From the sequence record PZ386977.1: DNA of 64,000 nucleotides; one strand, written 5' to 3'. The position numbers and the translations under genes were made by a program. Source of the stretch: a phage. The notes under the pieces were generated by a model. The model was not told the origin of the DNA. It saw nothing but the letters and a program-made list of their open reading frames with translations, and did not search any database. Below are positions 50,305 to 58,274 of this stretch, one piece after another. How positions within the stretch are numbered: the stretch's first letter is position 1; each line of letters opens with the position of its first letter.

Positions 50305-50886
50305 CTAAAAATTCAACATTTTTAAATGAATGATTTTGTATAGTCGAGATAAAGGGTCATATTCTAAGTCTTCAATTTCTACAATCTCAAATCTAGAGAT
50401 ACCTGAGACCATGTATTCTTGTTCAGATTCAATCATATCTAGGACGTCAACACGTTTTTCTTCCATAACATGCTTAGGGTTCTTTCCGGCGAGTACAATG
50501 TTAACCATGTTTTGGTAGTAATCGAAAATGAACGGAGCATTCCTGAGACTAAGAATAGTGTACGTTTGATATTCCCAACTCCCAGAGAACTGTCTGGCCG
50601 TACCAAAGTCTGTTGTAAACGATGTTACTCGCCCGGGAGACCAATGACATCCAACAGAAAGAAGGGAAAGACGTTCTACTTCTTCTGGAGTTACACCACG
50701 GTAGAGTTCTACTGGTACTGTAGAAGTCATATGCTTACGAACAAGATGGTCTAATTCATAGTGGAAATCTGGGTCTTCCTTAGAATCAGTGCAAGCCCAG
50801 AGAATGTTTTGTTCTTGTTTAGTGAATTTATCATCAATTAGTGCTGCGAGATATTCGCGTTCTTGAAGTTCAGATTGACATGTCAT
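50305..50886 (-). CDS. modB: ADP-ribosyltransferase, ModA/ModB family (second copy)
   Basis: 193 aa; R (LYRGVTPEE), S-x-T (TSFTTDFG), E-x-E (ESEQEY). Confidence 0.7.
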   Translation of the reverse strand: MTCQSELQEREYLAALIDDKFTKQEQNILWACTDSKEDPDFHYELDHLVRKHMTSTVPVELYRGVTPEEVERLSLLSVGCHWSPGRVTSFTTDFGTARQFSGSWEYQTYTILSLRNAPFIFDYYQNMVNIVLAGKNPKHVMEEKRVDVLDMIESEQEYMVSGISRFEIVEIEDLEYDPLSRLYKIIHLKMLNF

Positions 50887-50913
50887 GATAGACCTCCATT
50901 TAAAGATAAGCCT

Positions 50914-50942
50914 ATCATAACACGAGAGGAGGGAATGTAAAC
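50914..50942 (-). promoter_or_regulatory. early promoter (GTTTAC -35, TATGAT -10)
   Basis: gtaaac 50937-50942, atcata 50914-50919. Confidence 0.45.
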
Positions 50943-51102
50943 TACTTTTTAAGCTTTCCTACTAAAGGTCCATCAGGGCCGGGTTGTTCTAACATGAATA
51001 ACGATGCTTTAAAAAGCAATGTCAACCCTTTCACCATTCGATACCATGTCTCAAAGTCTTTTTCCTTGATTTCTAGTAAGAATTTCTCTTTAAATTTCTC
51101 TT

Positions 51103-51291
51103 TCATTTCCAAGGACTCCATGGTGGAGGGTCGTCATAATAAGAAGCCAGGTCTTTCAGGGCTTCGACAGGTAAACTAAAGCCGTGTCGTTGTATAATAC
51201 TATCTAGTTCATCAACAAGTTCACTACGATGCACTTTAGGAGCCTTGACTTCAGGCTCATCAAACATACTCATCAAGTCCATATTATTCAC
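51103..51291 (-). CDS. hypothetical protein (62 aa)
   Basis: ORF track. Confidence 0.45.
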   Translation of the reverse strand: MNNMDLMSMFDEPEVKAPKVHRSELVDELDSIIQRHGFSLPVEALKDLASYYDDPPPWSPWK

Positions 51292-51748
51292 CGAGATAAA
51301 AACTAGCAGGTTCAGAGAATGTTTCTAGCGCTACACCTTTTGTCTTAAAAAATTTCCAAATAGCTCGTTGCAAATGGATTAAATCTGCTAATGATGTAAT
51401 AAAGTATTTTTTGGCAAAATACTTATGGTCTCGCTTTTCAAACAGGTCTAAACGCTTTTCAGGATTCGCATAAACAGCATTTTCTGTAGATTCGTACCCT
51501 AAATCCTTTATGCCTTCTTCAAGACTAAACGGAGAATTTTTAGAATGAGTAATAGCTCCAACTCGCTCTACACGAATTTTGTAACCTTTAGGAATCTGCA
51601 ATTTGCAGAATTCTTCTACGATATATTGCGGATTATTTAGACTTTTGTTAATGAGAATAGCTATTTCTAGTGGAGTCTTATCTTCTACTGGTATATGTTT
51701 AAATGACTTGGCTTCAAGCAAATACATTTTAAATAACATAGCATCCAT
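51284..51748 (-). CDS. hypothetical protein (154 aa)
   Basis: ORF track. Confidence 0.55.
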   Translation of the reverse strand: MDAMLFKMYLLEAKSFKHIPVEDKTPLEIAILINKSLNNPQYIVEEFCKLQIPKGYKIRVERVGAITHSKNSPFSLEEGIKDLGYESTENAVYANPEKRLDLFEKRDHKYFAKKYFITSLADLIHLQRAIWKFFKTKGVALETFSEPASFYLGE

Positions 51749-51954
51749 TATAATTTCCTCAATGGTTCACCCATATAAAGTTTTACAATACGTTCGCCTT
51801 CATCTTCGACGAGCTTTTCTTCATGTTTCTGGAATTCTTTAGCCATATTCTCTTCAAGAACATCCAGCCAATCTTCTGGACCGACACCATCGTCCCAGCT
51901 TTTAAACCATTTAACTATCTTGTTCATTCGCAGCTCCCTGAGCTTGAACCACAA
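51748..51954 (-). CDS. hypothetical protein (68 aa)
   Basis: ORF track; stop/start overlap. Confidence 0.5.
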   Translation of the reverse strand: MWFKLRELRMNKIVKWFKSWDDGVGPEDWLDVLEENMAKEFQKHEEKLVEDEGERIVKLYMGEPLRKL

Positions 51955-52112
51955 TCAGAATAACTTGACCCAGAATCACCAGGCCAAGACGATACGTATG
52001 AATGATTATAACTTGAAGAGTTTGAAGCAGACTTAGGACGAACAACTTCTTCCATCATGCCGTCGCCAATGTATTCCCAACTTTTTTCGTGTGTATCAGG
52101 AATAGGCATCAT
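51924..52112 (-). CDS. hypothetical Ser-rich protein (62 aa from ATG 52110-52112)
   Basis: Track ORF 51924..52235 overlaps upstream gene by 110 nt; internal MMPIPD start has AGGCGAAGG SD. Confidence 0.45.
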   Translation of the reverse strand: MMPIPDTHEKSWEYIGDGMMEEVVRPKSASNSSSYNHSYVSSWPGDSGSSYSDCGSSSGSCE

Positions 52113-52125
52113 ACCTTCGCCTGGT

Positions 52126-52353
52126 TTAACAGCAAATAACTTCTTCAGTATCGTAAGCATTAATTGTTCCTCGAACAAAACGAACACCGCCATCATCCCA
52201 ACGGATTTCAGCATTAAATTTGACGTCTTCACCATCCATCATGAATGAGTGTACGACTACATCATCATAATATCCAAGACCGTATTTCAACGAAACTTCT
52301 TGAGCAATCAAAGCACCTAATGTGTTATTAGGTTTAATCCAACGATTTAACAT
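52126..52353 (-). CDS. hypothetical protein (75 aa)
   Basis: ORF track. Confidence 0.5.
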   Translation of the reverse strand: MLNRWIKPNNTLGALIAQEVSLKYGLGYYDDVVVHSFMMDGEDVKFNAEIRWDDGGVRFVRGTINAYDTEEVICC

Positions 52354-52426
52354 ATTGTTCTCCTCTTGAGTAAGTAAGAATATCTTAACACAGTTTTTAG
52401 TGGATGTAAACTCTAGAAACGAAAAA

Positions 52427-52446
52427 AGGAATCCCGAAGGATTCCT
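52427..52446 (-). terminator. intrinsic terminator AGGAAUCC-UUCG-GGAUUCCU + UUUUUUC after soc
   Basis: Perfect 8-bp stem, tetraloop, 6-T run on minus strand. Confidence 0.8.
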
Positions 52447-52454
52447 TAAATTAT

Positions 52455-52691
52455 TTAACCACTTACTGGTGTAGGGGTAAACATTGCAGCGTTCTTAGTA
52501 CGCCAATCTGCTGCATCAGAAACGACATCAGAATAAGCTGCATTTTCTGATGGAAAGATTTGGTAATGAGAATCTGCAATCCGATGTTCGTTTGAATAAA
52601 TCTCAAACGGAACAGAAACTTCCATACCTTTTACTTCTTCGCCTTCACCAGCAGGATGCGTAAAGGTTTTGATGTTTACATAACCACCCAT
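52455..52691 (-). CDS. soc: Soc small outer capsid protein
   Basis: 78 aa; MGGYVNIKTF...HYQIFPSENAAYS; from memory closer to RB69 Soc than T4 Soc. Confidence 0.85.
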   Translation of the reverse strand: MGGYVNIKTFTHPAGEGEEVKGMEVSVPFEIYSNEHRIADSHYQIFPSENAAYSDVVSDAADWRTKNAAMFTPTPVSG

Positions 52692-52722
52692 AATTAACTC
52701 CTTTGTTGTTTAATTACAGGTG

Positions 52723-52730
52723 TATTTATA
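52723..52730 (-). promoter_or_regulatory. late promoter TATAAATA for soc
   Basis: Exact TATAAATA on minus strand about 30 nt upstream of soc ATG. Confidence 0.7.
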
Positions 52731-52736
52731 ACTTAA

Positions 52737-53258
52737 TTAGTAACCATTATCCTGACGTTCAAAGTTGTGTTGGTTTTTCAAGTAGTAAAGTTTAAAGATT
52801 TCTTCAGCAGAAAGACCAAGACCTTGGAACATATTTAGAACGAAATGCAGAATATCAATCATTTCAAATTTAATTTCAAGCTGGTCTTCAGGAGACAGTT
52901 CATCGATACGACGATTTCGATATTCAGCATGTTGTGCTTTCCATGGCTTCCATACACTGCTGGCGGCTTTTTCACCATTGCTCATACCACCAAGTGAAGT
53001 CAGCAGTTCACGGAATTCATCATCAATATAATCTTTCTGATTACGCAGCCAATCAACAACATCACCAGCAGTAGCCAATTCATCAGGATGTTTGTTATGT
53101 TCAGGCTTGTCATTTGCCAGACGAACCTGTAAAGATTTCTGCATATCAAGCATTACCTGAAGTGGGTCTTTATCTTCGTGAATCAGAGCATTAAAATAAG
53201 CTTCTTCTGCTTTATCAACACCAGAAATAAGTTGTGAACATTCGTTAAAGTGTGCCAT
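52737..53258 (-). CDS. 56: gp56 dCTP/dCDP pyrophosphatase
   Basis: 173 aa from ATG 53256-53258 (MAHFNEC...); MazG-like EIxDILHFVLNMF; track ORF starts at upstream TTG. Confidence 0.85.
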   Translation of the reverse strand: MAHFNECSQLISGVDKAEEAYFNALIHEDKDPLQVMLDMQKSLQVRLANDKPEHNKHPDELATAGDVVDWLRNQKDYIDDEFRELLTSLGGMSNGEKAASSVWKPWKAQHAEYRNRRIDELSPEDQLEIKFEMIDILHFVLNMFQGLGLSAEEIFKLYYLKNQHNFERQDNGY

Positions 53259-53346
53259 TATTTTTCCTTTCAATTCAGTATAAGAGAGTTAATTCTAACA
53301 TTAATTTTATAAAGCGTAATAAATAATAGGTAACTAAGGAGATATT

Positions 53347-53544
53347 ATGTTTAAACTTACATCGTTAATCAACGCTATTAAAGGCAATAAAAAGAAAACT
53401 GCTATCGCCGCAATAGTTGTAGGTGGCATTATTTCATGGAACTTCGGGATTGCACCATTGTTAGTTGCCCATGGTATTATAGTTCCTTCTGTTCCATTGG
53501 ATACCGTAGTTGATTTGGCCTTTGCTATTATAGGACTTGTTTAA
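53347..53544 (+). CDS. small two-TMD membrane protein (65 aa) on plus strand
   Basis: Strong AAGGAG SD 7 nt before ATG; hydrophobic segments AIAAIVVGGIISWNF and VVDLAFAIIGLV; convergent with gene 61. Confidence 0.5.
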   Translation: MFKLTSLINAIKGNKKKTAIAAIVVGGIISWNFGIAPLLVAHGIIVPSVPLDTVVDLAFAIIGLV

Positions 53545-54563
53545 ATCTTCGAATAACGAGATAATCTCATTTTAGCATGCAACCCACTTGAAATATTCTG
53601 TTTCATATATTCTAAAATTTCTTGTGGTGTTGCATTTTCTTTCATTACCATATCATTCACATCCTTTGAACTCCATGGAGCTCGGTCCCAGAACATAACA
53701 CGTTCACCTGCATCAACTAATCGCTTCATACGAGCTATAGTATCCGGATGCCTAGGTTCATTATCCATTACCCATACCCGACGTTCTTTAAATGGTACCA
53801 CATCTAAATCTATCGAGCCGCCTGTAATAGCGATTGCATTGGGTATGAATAAACTATCAATAGGACCTTCCATTACCCAGACGTCTCCTTCCTTAACACG
53901 TTCAACACCATAAATTTTTGTTGCAGACTCAAACGCTTTAATAGTGATATATTTCTGAGGAGCATCTTTACGAAGTGCACGTCCTTGGAATGACTCGGCC
54001 TTCCCGTCTTTATTAAAAATAGGAATCACTAAACGTGGCTCGGGAATCTCTTTCTTATACGTGCCTGGTTGAATCTTGTTGACCAATTTAGGCCATTCTA
54101 ATGTGAACCATAATCTGTTCCACGATTCTTTAGGAATACACCGAGACTTAACATATTTCACAATAGGATGCTCTTCAGGCAACTTGTCCAGGCGAGAACA
54201 AGACGGCAAAGAATTTATAGTCTTTTTCTCCGGTTCTGGTTTATGTTCAGGAACCTTTTCAATCTTTGGTTCCATTCTAGCTTTTTCTTTACGAACTTCC
54301 ATTAGATATTCGCGATAAAGCTCTTCATCATACTCTTTTAAGTATCCGGAAATCGTATTATGATATTGGCAGTTATAGCAATGCACATTACCCGGAGTAC
54401 CGCCATAATACCATCCGCGAGCTTTCATTGCATCTGTCTGAGAGTCGCCACAAACTGGACATCGAAATGTTAATTTAAATGTGCTTGAATTATTGATTTG
54501 TCTAAAACGAGGTAGGTGAGAAAACGCACGATAAGCAAATTCGTTATCTATCCATTCAGCCAT
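53541..54563 (-). CDS. 61: gp61 DNA primase
   Basis: 340 aa; N-terminal zinc ribbon CPVCGD...CYNCQYH; Toprim motifs. Confidence 0.9.
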   Translation of the reverse strand: MAEWIDNEFAYRAFSHLPRFRQINNSSTFKLTFRCPVCGDSQTDAMKARGWYYGGTPGNVHCYNCQYHNTISGYLKEYDEELYREYLMEVRKEKARMEPKIEKVPEHKPEPEKKTINSLPSCSRLDKLPEEHPIVKYVKSRCIPKESWNRLWFTLEWPKLVNKIQPGTYKKEIPEPRLVIPIFNKDGKAESFQGRALRKDAPQKYITIKAFESATKIYGVERVKEGDVWVMEGPIDSLFIPNAIAITGGSIDLDVVPFKERRVWVMDNEPRHPDTIARMKRLVDAGERVMFWDRAPWSSKDVNDMVMKENATPQEILEYMKQNISSGLHAKMRLSRYSKI

Positions 54564-54576
54564 AGTATTCTCCAGA

Positions 54577-54596
54577 GGCCTTAAATTAATAAGGCC
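54577..54596 (-). other. hairpin GGCCUUA-6nt-UAAGGCC directly upstream of gene 61 SD
   Basis: Perfect 7-bp inverted repeat between 61.1-like stop and gene 61 start; no U-tract. Confidence 0.5.
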
Positions 54597-54602
54597 ATCA
54601 TA

Positions 54603-55097
54603 TCACAACTTATTAATATTTACTTTAATTCGCTTTCTTTTCTTGGAAGGAATTTGTTCTGGACCTTTATTTACGACTGCACCTGTAGTTGTTCCTGATG
54701 CAATAGCTTGAGGGCTGCCACCTGAATCACCAGCCACCATATCCTCAAATAAAGGGAGTTCTTTAAATATTTCTTTCTGCTGTTCTTCCGTAATGTTATA
54801 GCGTGAAGCTACAGCACTCCAGGCAGACATCATTGAGGCCATTCCATTAAGACCTGGAACAGTGCTCATCATTCGCTTCATTGAACGAACTGAAGCATGA
54901 AAAGGTGTATAAGCCGCTTTCTCTTCGGGAGTAGAAGGACGTTTAAGAACACTTCCACGTTCGTCGATTATTTTGGCTTCATACGCTTTCCATTCTGTAA
55001 AAGGTTTTTGCATTAGTCGAATAAACTTATATGCATAAACTGAATCTATTGCAGTGTTAATAATACCCATAGGTACCTCCTGAGTATATTTAATCAA
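54603..55097 (-). CDS. hypothetical protein (164 aa), 61.1 position
   Basis: ORF track. Confidence 0.55.
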   Translation of the reverse strand: MIKYTQEVPMGIINTAIDSVYAYKFIRLMQKPFTEWKAYEAKIIDERGSVLKRPSTPEEKAAYTPFHASVRSMKRMMSTVPGLNGMASMMSAWSAVASRYNITEEQQKEIFKELPLFEDMVAGDSGGSPQAIASGTTTGAVVNKGPEQIPSKKRKRIKVNINKL

Positions 55098-55287
55098 TCA
55101 CAAAGATCGCTTTATCACCGTTCGCATCTGTGACTTCATATGTAGTGTCTTCATAGTGTGGAATATTCCAAATTACACCATCATTAGCTTTTACGCTAAT
55201 ATGGCATTGGTGTTTTGAAACAACTTCATAATCTTCAAAACTTGTAAAAACACTAATTTTAGAACCAGTGCAAATTGCAGTAGTCAT
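55090..55287 (-). CDS. hypothetical protein (65 aa)
   Basis: ORF track. Confidence 0.45.
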   Translation of the reverse strand: MTTAICTGSKISVFTSFEDYEVVSKHQCHISVKANDGVIWNIPHYEDTTYEVTDANGDKAIFVID

Positions 55288-55288
55288 T

Positions 55289-55948
55289 TTAACCTCGATT
55301 CATAAATGCATTAAATATTTGGTCATCAACAGAAATTTCTAATTCGACTTCAATTGCTTCAGCCTTTTCTTCAGGTGGTAATTCGTATCCACATACTACA
55401 ATTTTTTCATCGATATCAAAATATACAGAAGCAATATGATTAATGTTATTTTCAGTTAAGTCTAAATCAACATCAACATCTTTTTGACCTACACTTAAAG
55501 GATAACTAATACGGGTTATTTTATTATCTTTAACAAAGAGTCCACCAACATACTCTGTACTACGTTTGAAGTTTACACGTTTCCGAATTGAAAGATATGA
55601 TACATCTTTACCGTGAGCTCGGCTCATAGGACATAATGAATAACTAGAATAAGAGATGTCAAATCCTACGCCTTCAACATGTGCTAGAGTATCATGAGTA
55701 AACCAATTATAGTCGTATGCCAAATCCATTAAATTATAATATGTGAAAGGCACAGGATTAACGTCATACGTTGTACCTTTAAAATCTGCCCAGGCAACGA
55801 TTTCGTTATCTTTAACAATTACAAAAATTACACCAATATGGTATCCGTTATTATTTTCATTCGGCGTTATATTATAACATTGTGCATTAGGAAATTTACC
55901 ATATTTAAATGGCGCGTTTTTGTGCATGTAATAAATCATATTATTCAC
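55289..55948 (-). CDS. hypothetical protein (219 aa)
   Basis: ORF track. Confidence 0.55.
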   Translation of the reverse strand: MNNMIYYMHKNAPFKYGKFPNAQCYNITPNENNNGYHIGVIFVIVKDNEIVAWADFKGTTYDVNPVPFTYYNLMDLAYDYNWFTHDTLAHVEGVGFDISYSSYSLCPMSRAHGKDVSYLSIRKRVNFKRSTEYVGGLFVKDNKITRISYPLSVGQKDVDVDLDLTENNINHIASVYFDIDEKIVVCGYELPPEEKAEAIEVELEISVDDQIFNAFMNRG

Positions 55949-56234
55949 CTGTGATTTCGGTTACGATATCTTTGTTATCGAAATTAGGGTCACAATACAA
56001 AACATAGTTGTACTGCATGATACCGCCAGACTTAAGTTGTTCAACAACTTTATTAACCATATTAGGACGGTCTCGTTTAGTGATGTTCATGATATCAGAG
56101 AAGATTTGTTGTTCAACATCTTCTTGATTTGCAGTCATTGACCACTCACAGAGGTCTTTATCATAACCTGCTGTAACTGGAGCTGGTGCACATGATACTG
56201 CAAGTAAGATTGCTGCCAATGATAACTTTTTCAT
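55941..56234 (-). CDS. sp: Spackle-like periplasmic protein (superinfection exclusion / gp5 lysozyme inhibitor)
   Basis: 97 aa with cleavable signal peptide (MKKLSLAAILLAVSCAPAPVTA) and conserved-looking GYDKDLCEW...QYNYVLYCD; T4 sp size and position. Confidence 0.6.
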   Translation of the reverse strand: MKKLSLAAILLAVSCAPAPVTAGYDKDLCEWSMTANQEDVEQQIFSDIMNITKRDRPNMVNKVVEQLKSGGIMQYNYVLYCDPNFDNKDIVTEITGE

Positions 56235-56263
56235 TTTAACTCCTTAGTTGATTTGATAGGACT

Positions 56264-56293
56264 ACTATACCATAGTCCATCTATAATGTAAAC
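56264..56293 (-). promoter_or_regulatory. early promoter, PeSL-like
   Basis: gtaaac 56288-56293, actata 56264-56269 inside ggactact/tagtcc repeat. Confidence 0.55.
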
Positions 56294-56297
56294 AAGT

Positions 56298-56546
56298 TTA
56301 TTCTTTTTCGCGAATAATAATTACTTGTTGAGGCTGCTGAGCGGATTTCTTTTCGGCAACGATAGACCAAATTAAAGTTCCAATCCAACCAATCATCGTC
56401 CAGTTAAAGAGTAAAGATACAAAGAAGATTGCTGTTGTGCTTTTTGTGCCACGAATAAGTGCGATTACCCAAGGCAACATGTAAATGATGATTGAACCAA
56501 TACCTGCGATTAAAACTGCTACTGAACTAGCTACAAATAATTCCAT
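56298..56546 (-). CDS. small integral membrane protein (82 aa, two TMDs)
   Basis: Hydrophobic segments VAVLIAGIGSIIIYMLPWVIALI and FFVSLLFNWTMIGWIGTLIWSIV. Confidence 0.55.
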   Translation of the reverse strand: MELFVASSVAVLIAGIGSIIIYMLPWVIALIRGTKSTTAIFFVSLLFNWTMIGWIGTLIWSIVAEKKSAQQPQQVIIIREKE

Positions 56547-56574
56547 GTTAATTTCCTCTTGATTTGTTATGTTT

Positions 56575-56604
56575 ATAATATCTTGTTTTAACTTTGGTGT
56601 AAAC
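56575..56604 (-). promoter_or_regulatory. early promoter (GTTTAC -35, TATTAT -10, 18-nt spacer)
   Basis: gtaaac 56599-56604, ataata 56575-56580. Confidence 0.5.
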
Positions 56605-56607
56605 CAA

Positions 56608-56976
56608 TTAATTAAATTTGTTTAAACGTTCAATACACTGGACGTAGTTATTAGCGATTTGTTTCTGGGAAGGCTCTTTACCAGTTGTTTCAACATAGCG
56701 AATGAATGCGATTTCAGTAGCCTGTAAGCAATGTTCTTTAACGCGTTGTTCTTTTGTCAATGCTACAGTATCAGAATCACGATAACGTTGAGCATGGGCA
56801 TCAGCTTGAATCATTCGATTACCTACAGTAACTGGGTCTTCCACTTCAACTTTAGGTTGGTTGTACTGTTTAACATTCGGGTTATAAATCAATTGGCCAA
56901 CATTATTAGGGATAAAGCCATGGGCACCACATCCGGTTAATCCAAATACCATTGCTAAAGCGATTAATTTTTTCAT
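56608..56976 (-). CDS. putative lipoprotein (122 aa)
   Basis: Signal peptide with lipobox LTGC (MKKLIALAMVFGLTGCGAHG). Confidence 0.6.
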   Translation of the reverse strand: MKKLIALAMVFGLTGCGAHGFIPNNVGQLIYNPNVKQYNQPKVEVEDPVTVGNRMIQADAHAQRYRDSDTVALTKEQRVKEHCLQATEIAFIRYVETTGKEPSQKQIANNYVQCIERLNKFN

Positions 56977-57004
56977 TTCAATTTCCTCTGTAGTTGATAG
57001 AAAG

Positions 57005-57034
57005 ATAGTAACACATTATGTAGTGCTTGTAAAC
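57005..57034 (-). promoter_or_regulatory. early promoter (GTTTAC -35, TACTAT -10)
   Basis: gtaaac 57029-57034, atagta 57005-57010. Confidence 0.5.
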
Positions 57035-57036
57035 AG

Positions 57037-57249
57037 CTATTTTAAACTTTTGCGAAATTTGCGTTTTTCTTGACGAATCTGTCGTTTAGTCGGACGTACA
57101 GCAAATTTAACGAAGTCCACTTTGCCGTGTGGAAACTTTTCAGATGCTTCACAGTCCATCATTAGTTCCCATCCTTCCAGAATAAGAGCTTTCCATTGCG
57201 TAGTTGATGCAAATTCGTATGTCGATGGTTTAAACACAGTTGAATACAT
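57037..57249 (-). CDS. hypothetical basic protein (70 aa)
   Basis: ORF track. Confidence 0.5.
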   Translation of the reverse strand: MYSTVFKPSTYEFASTTQWKALILEGWELMMDCEASEKFPHGKVDFVKFAVRPTKRQIRQEKRKFRKSLK

Positions 57250-57250
57250 A

Positions 57251-57442
57251 TTATCCTCTTAAATCGGCTTCAAAAACTTTCTCGTCATTAACAAATGCTT
57301 TAACTAATGCTTTGTTCACTTCAGCAAGTTGTACCGCAACCCACTCGATTTCTTCGCGATCACCTGATAACATGATATCTTTAGTGAACATCTCGCCGCT
57401 TTTAAACCAACCGATAAAAGTAACTTTAGTTAATTTGCTCAT
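57251..57442 (-). CDS. dmd: Dmd-like antitoxin (inhibitor of host RnlA/LsoA RNase toxins)
   Basis: 63 aa from ATG 57440-57442 (MSKLTKVTFIGWFKSGEMFTKDI...EVNKALVKAF); GAGGA SD; resembles recalled T4 Dmd. Confidence 0.6.
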   Translation of the reverse strand: MSKLTKVTFIGWFKSGEMFTKDIMLSGDREEIEWVAVQLAEVNKALVKAFVNDEKVFEADLRG

Positions 57443-57756
57443 ATTTCCTCGCAAAATGCCCATTCAGCGTGATAAACTGTAGCACCTTTAGTATCATTCA
57501 TTTGAACTACGTCTACCGGAGAAATTACTCGATAGAGACGTGGTTCACCTCCATAAGAGCGTGCTGCTCGTCCTGCATAAATCTTTGCTAAACCGATATC
57601 TTCAGTAAAGAATACACGATTCAAGTTTTTCTTACGCCCAGTTTCAGACAGAACTCCTGTTTCCTCAGGAGGACAAAGCATGTTTTCGATGTTAGCTGAA
57701 CTACTTGAACCGTGATAAAAAATCTTAAATTCTGCTTTACAATCGATGGTTTTCAT
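57439..57756 (-). CDS. hypothetical protein (105 aa)
   Basis: ORF track; stop overlaps dmd start (ATGA). Confidence 0.55.
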   Translation of the reverse strand: MKTIDCKAEFKIFYHGSSSSANIENMLCPPEETGVLSETGRKKNLNRVFFTEDIGLAKIYAGRAARSYGGEPRLYRVISPVDVVQMNDTKGATVYHAEWAFCEEI

Positions 57757-57782
57757 TTTGTTCTCCAGTAGTTGATAGGTCT

Positions 57783-57811
57783 ATAATAACACAACTACTG
57801 GAGAAGTAAAC
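57783..57811 (-). promoter_or_regulatory. early promoter (GTTTAC -35, TATTAT -10)
   Basis: gtaaac 57806-57811, ataata 57783-57788. Confidence 0.55.
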
Positions 57812-58186
57812 TTAAAAACGTAATTTAGATATATCTGCGTTGATTTCGTTTTGGTTTGCGTCGTATGCAATTAAACGAACCGCTTTAGATGGGTCATTCA
57901 ATGCATAGAAATGATGGAACATTGCTCGAACGATATCGCCATTTACGAGTTCTACCTGGATAGGAGAACCTTTTTCGAGTTGGAAATGTTCATAAGCTTT
58001 GATGGTTCGTAGATAATCAAGTTTTTGATTTCCAGCTCCAACTATTTGTACGATACGTTTGCCCATGTTTTCCATACGAGATACAATAGTTTTAGGAGCA
58101 AGAATAACGTAGGTTGCCAGCGGAGAAACTACTTCAACAGTTGTGTTTTCGGTGATTGCAGTAAAAATTGCTTGAGACATATTCAT
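57812..58186 (-). CDS. hypothetical protein (124 aa)
   Basis: ORF track. Confidence 0.55.
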   Translation of the reverse strand: MNMSQAIFTAITENTTVEVVSPLATYVILAPKTIVSRMENMGKRIVQIVGAGNQKLDYLRTIKAYEHFQLEKGSPIQVELVNGDIVRAMFHHFYALNDPSKAVRLIAYDANQNEINADISKLRF

Positions 58187-58251
58187 AATGTTTTCCTCTT
58201 GGTTGGTGTAAGTTCATCATATCATGCTTAGAGGAAGATGTAAACCCCGAA

Positions 58252-58269
58252 AGGAGACCGAAGTCTCCT
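58252..58269 (-). other. hairpin AGGAGAC-UUCG-GUCUCCU just after gene 41 stop (weak U-tract on minus RNA)
   Basis: Perfect 7-bp stem, tetraloop; T-run lies on the plus-strand side. Confidence 0.5.
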
Positions 58270-58274
58270 TTTTA

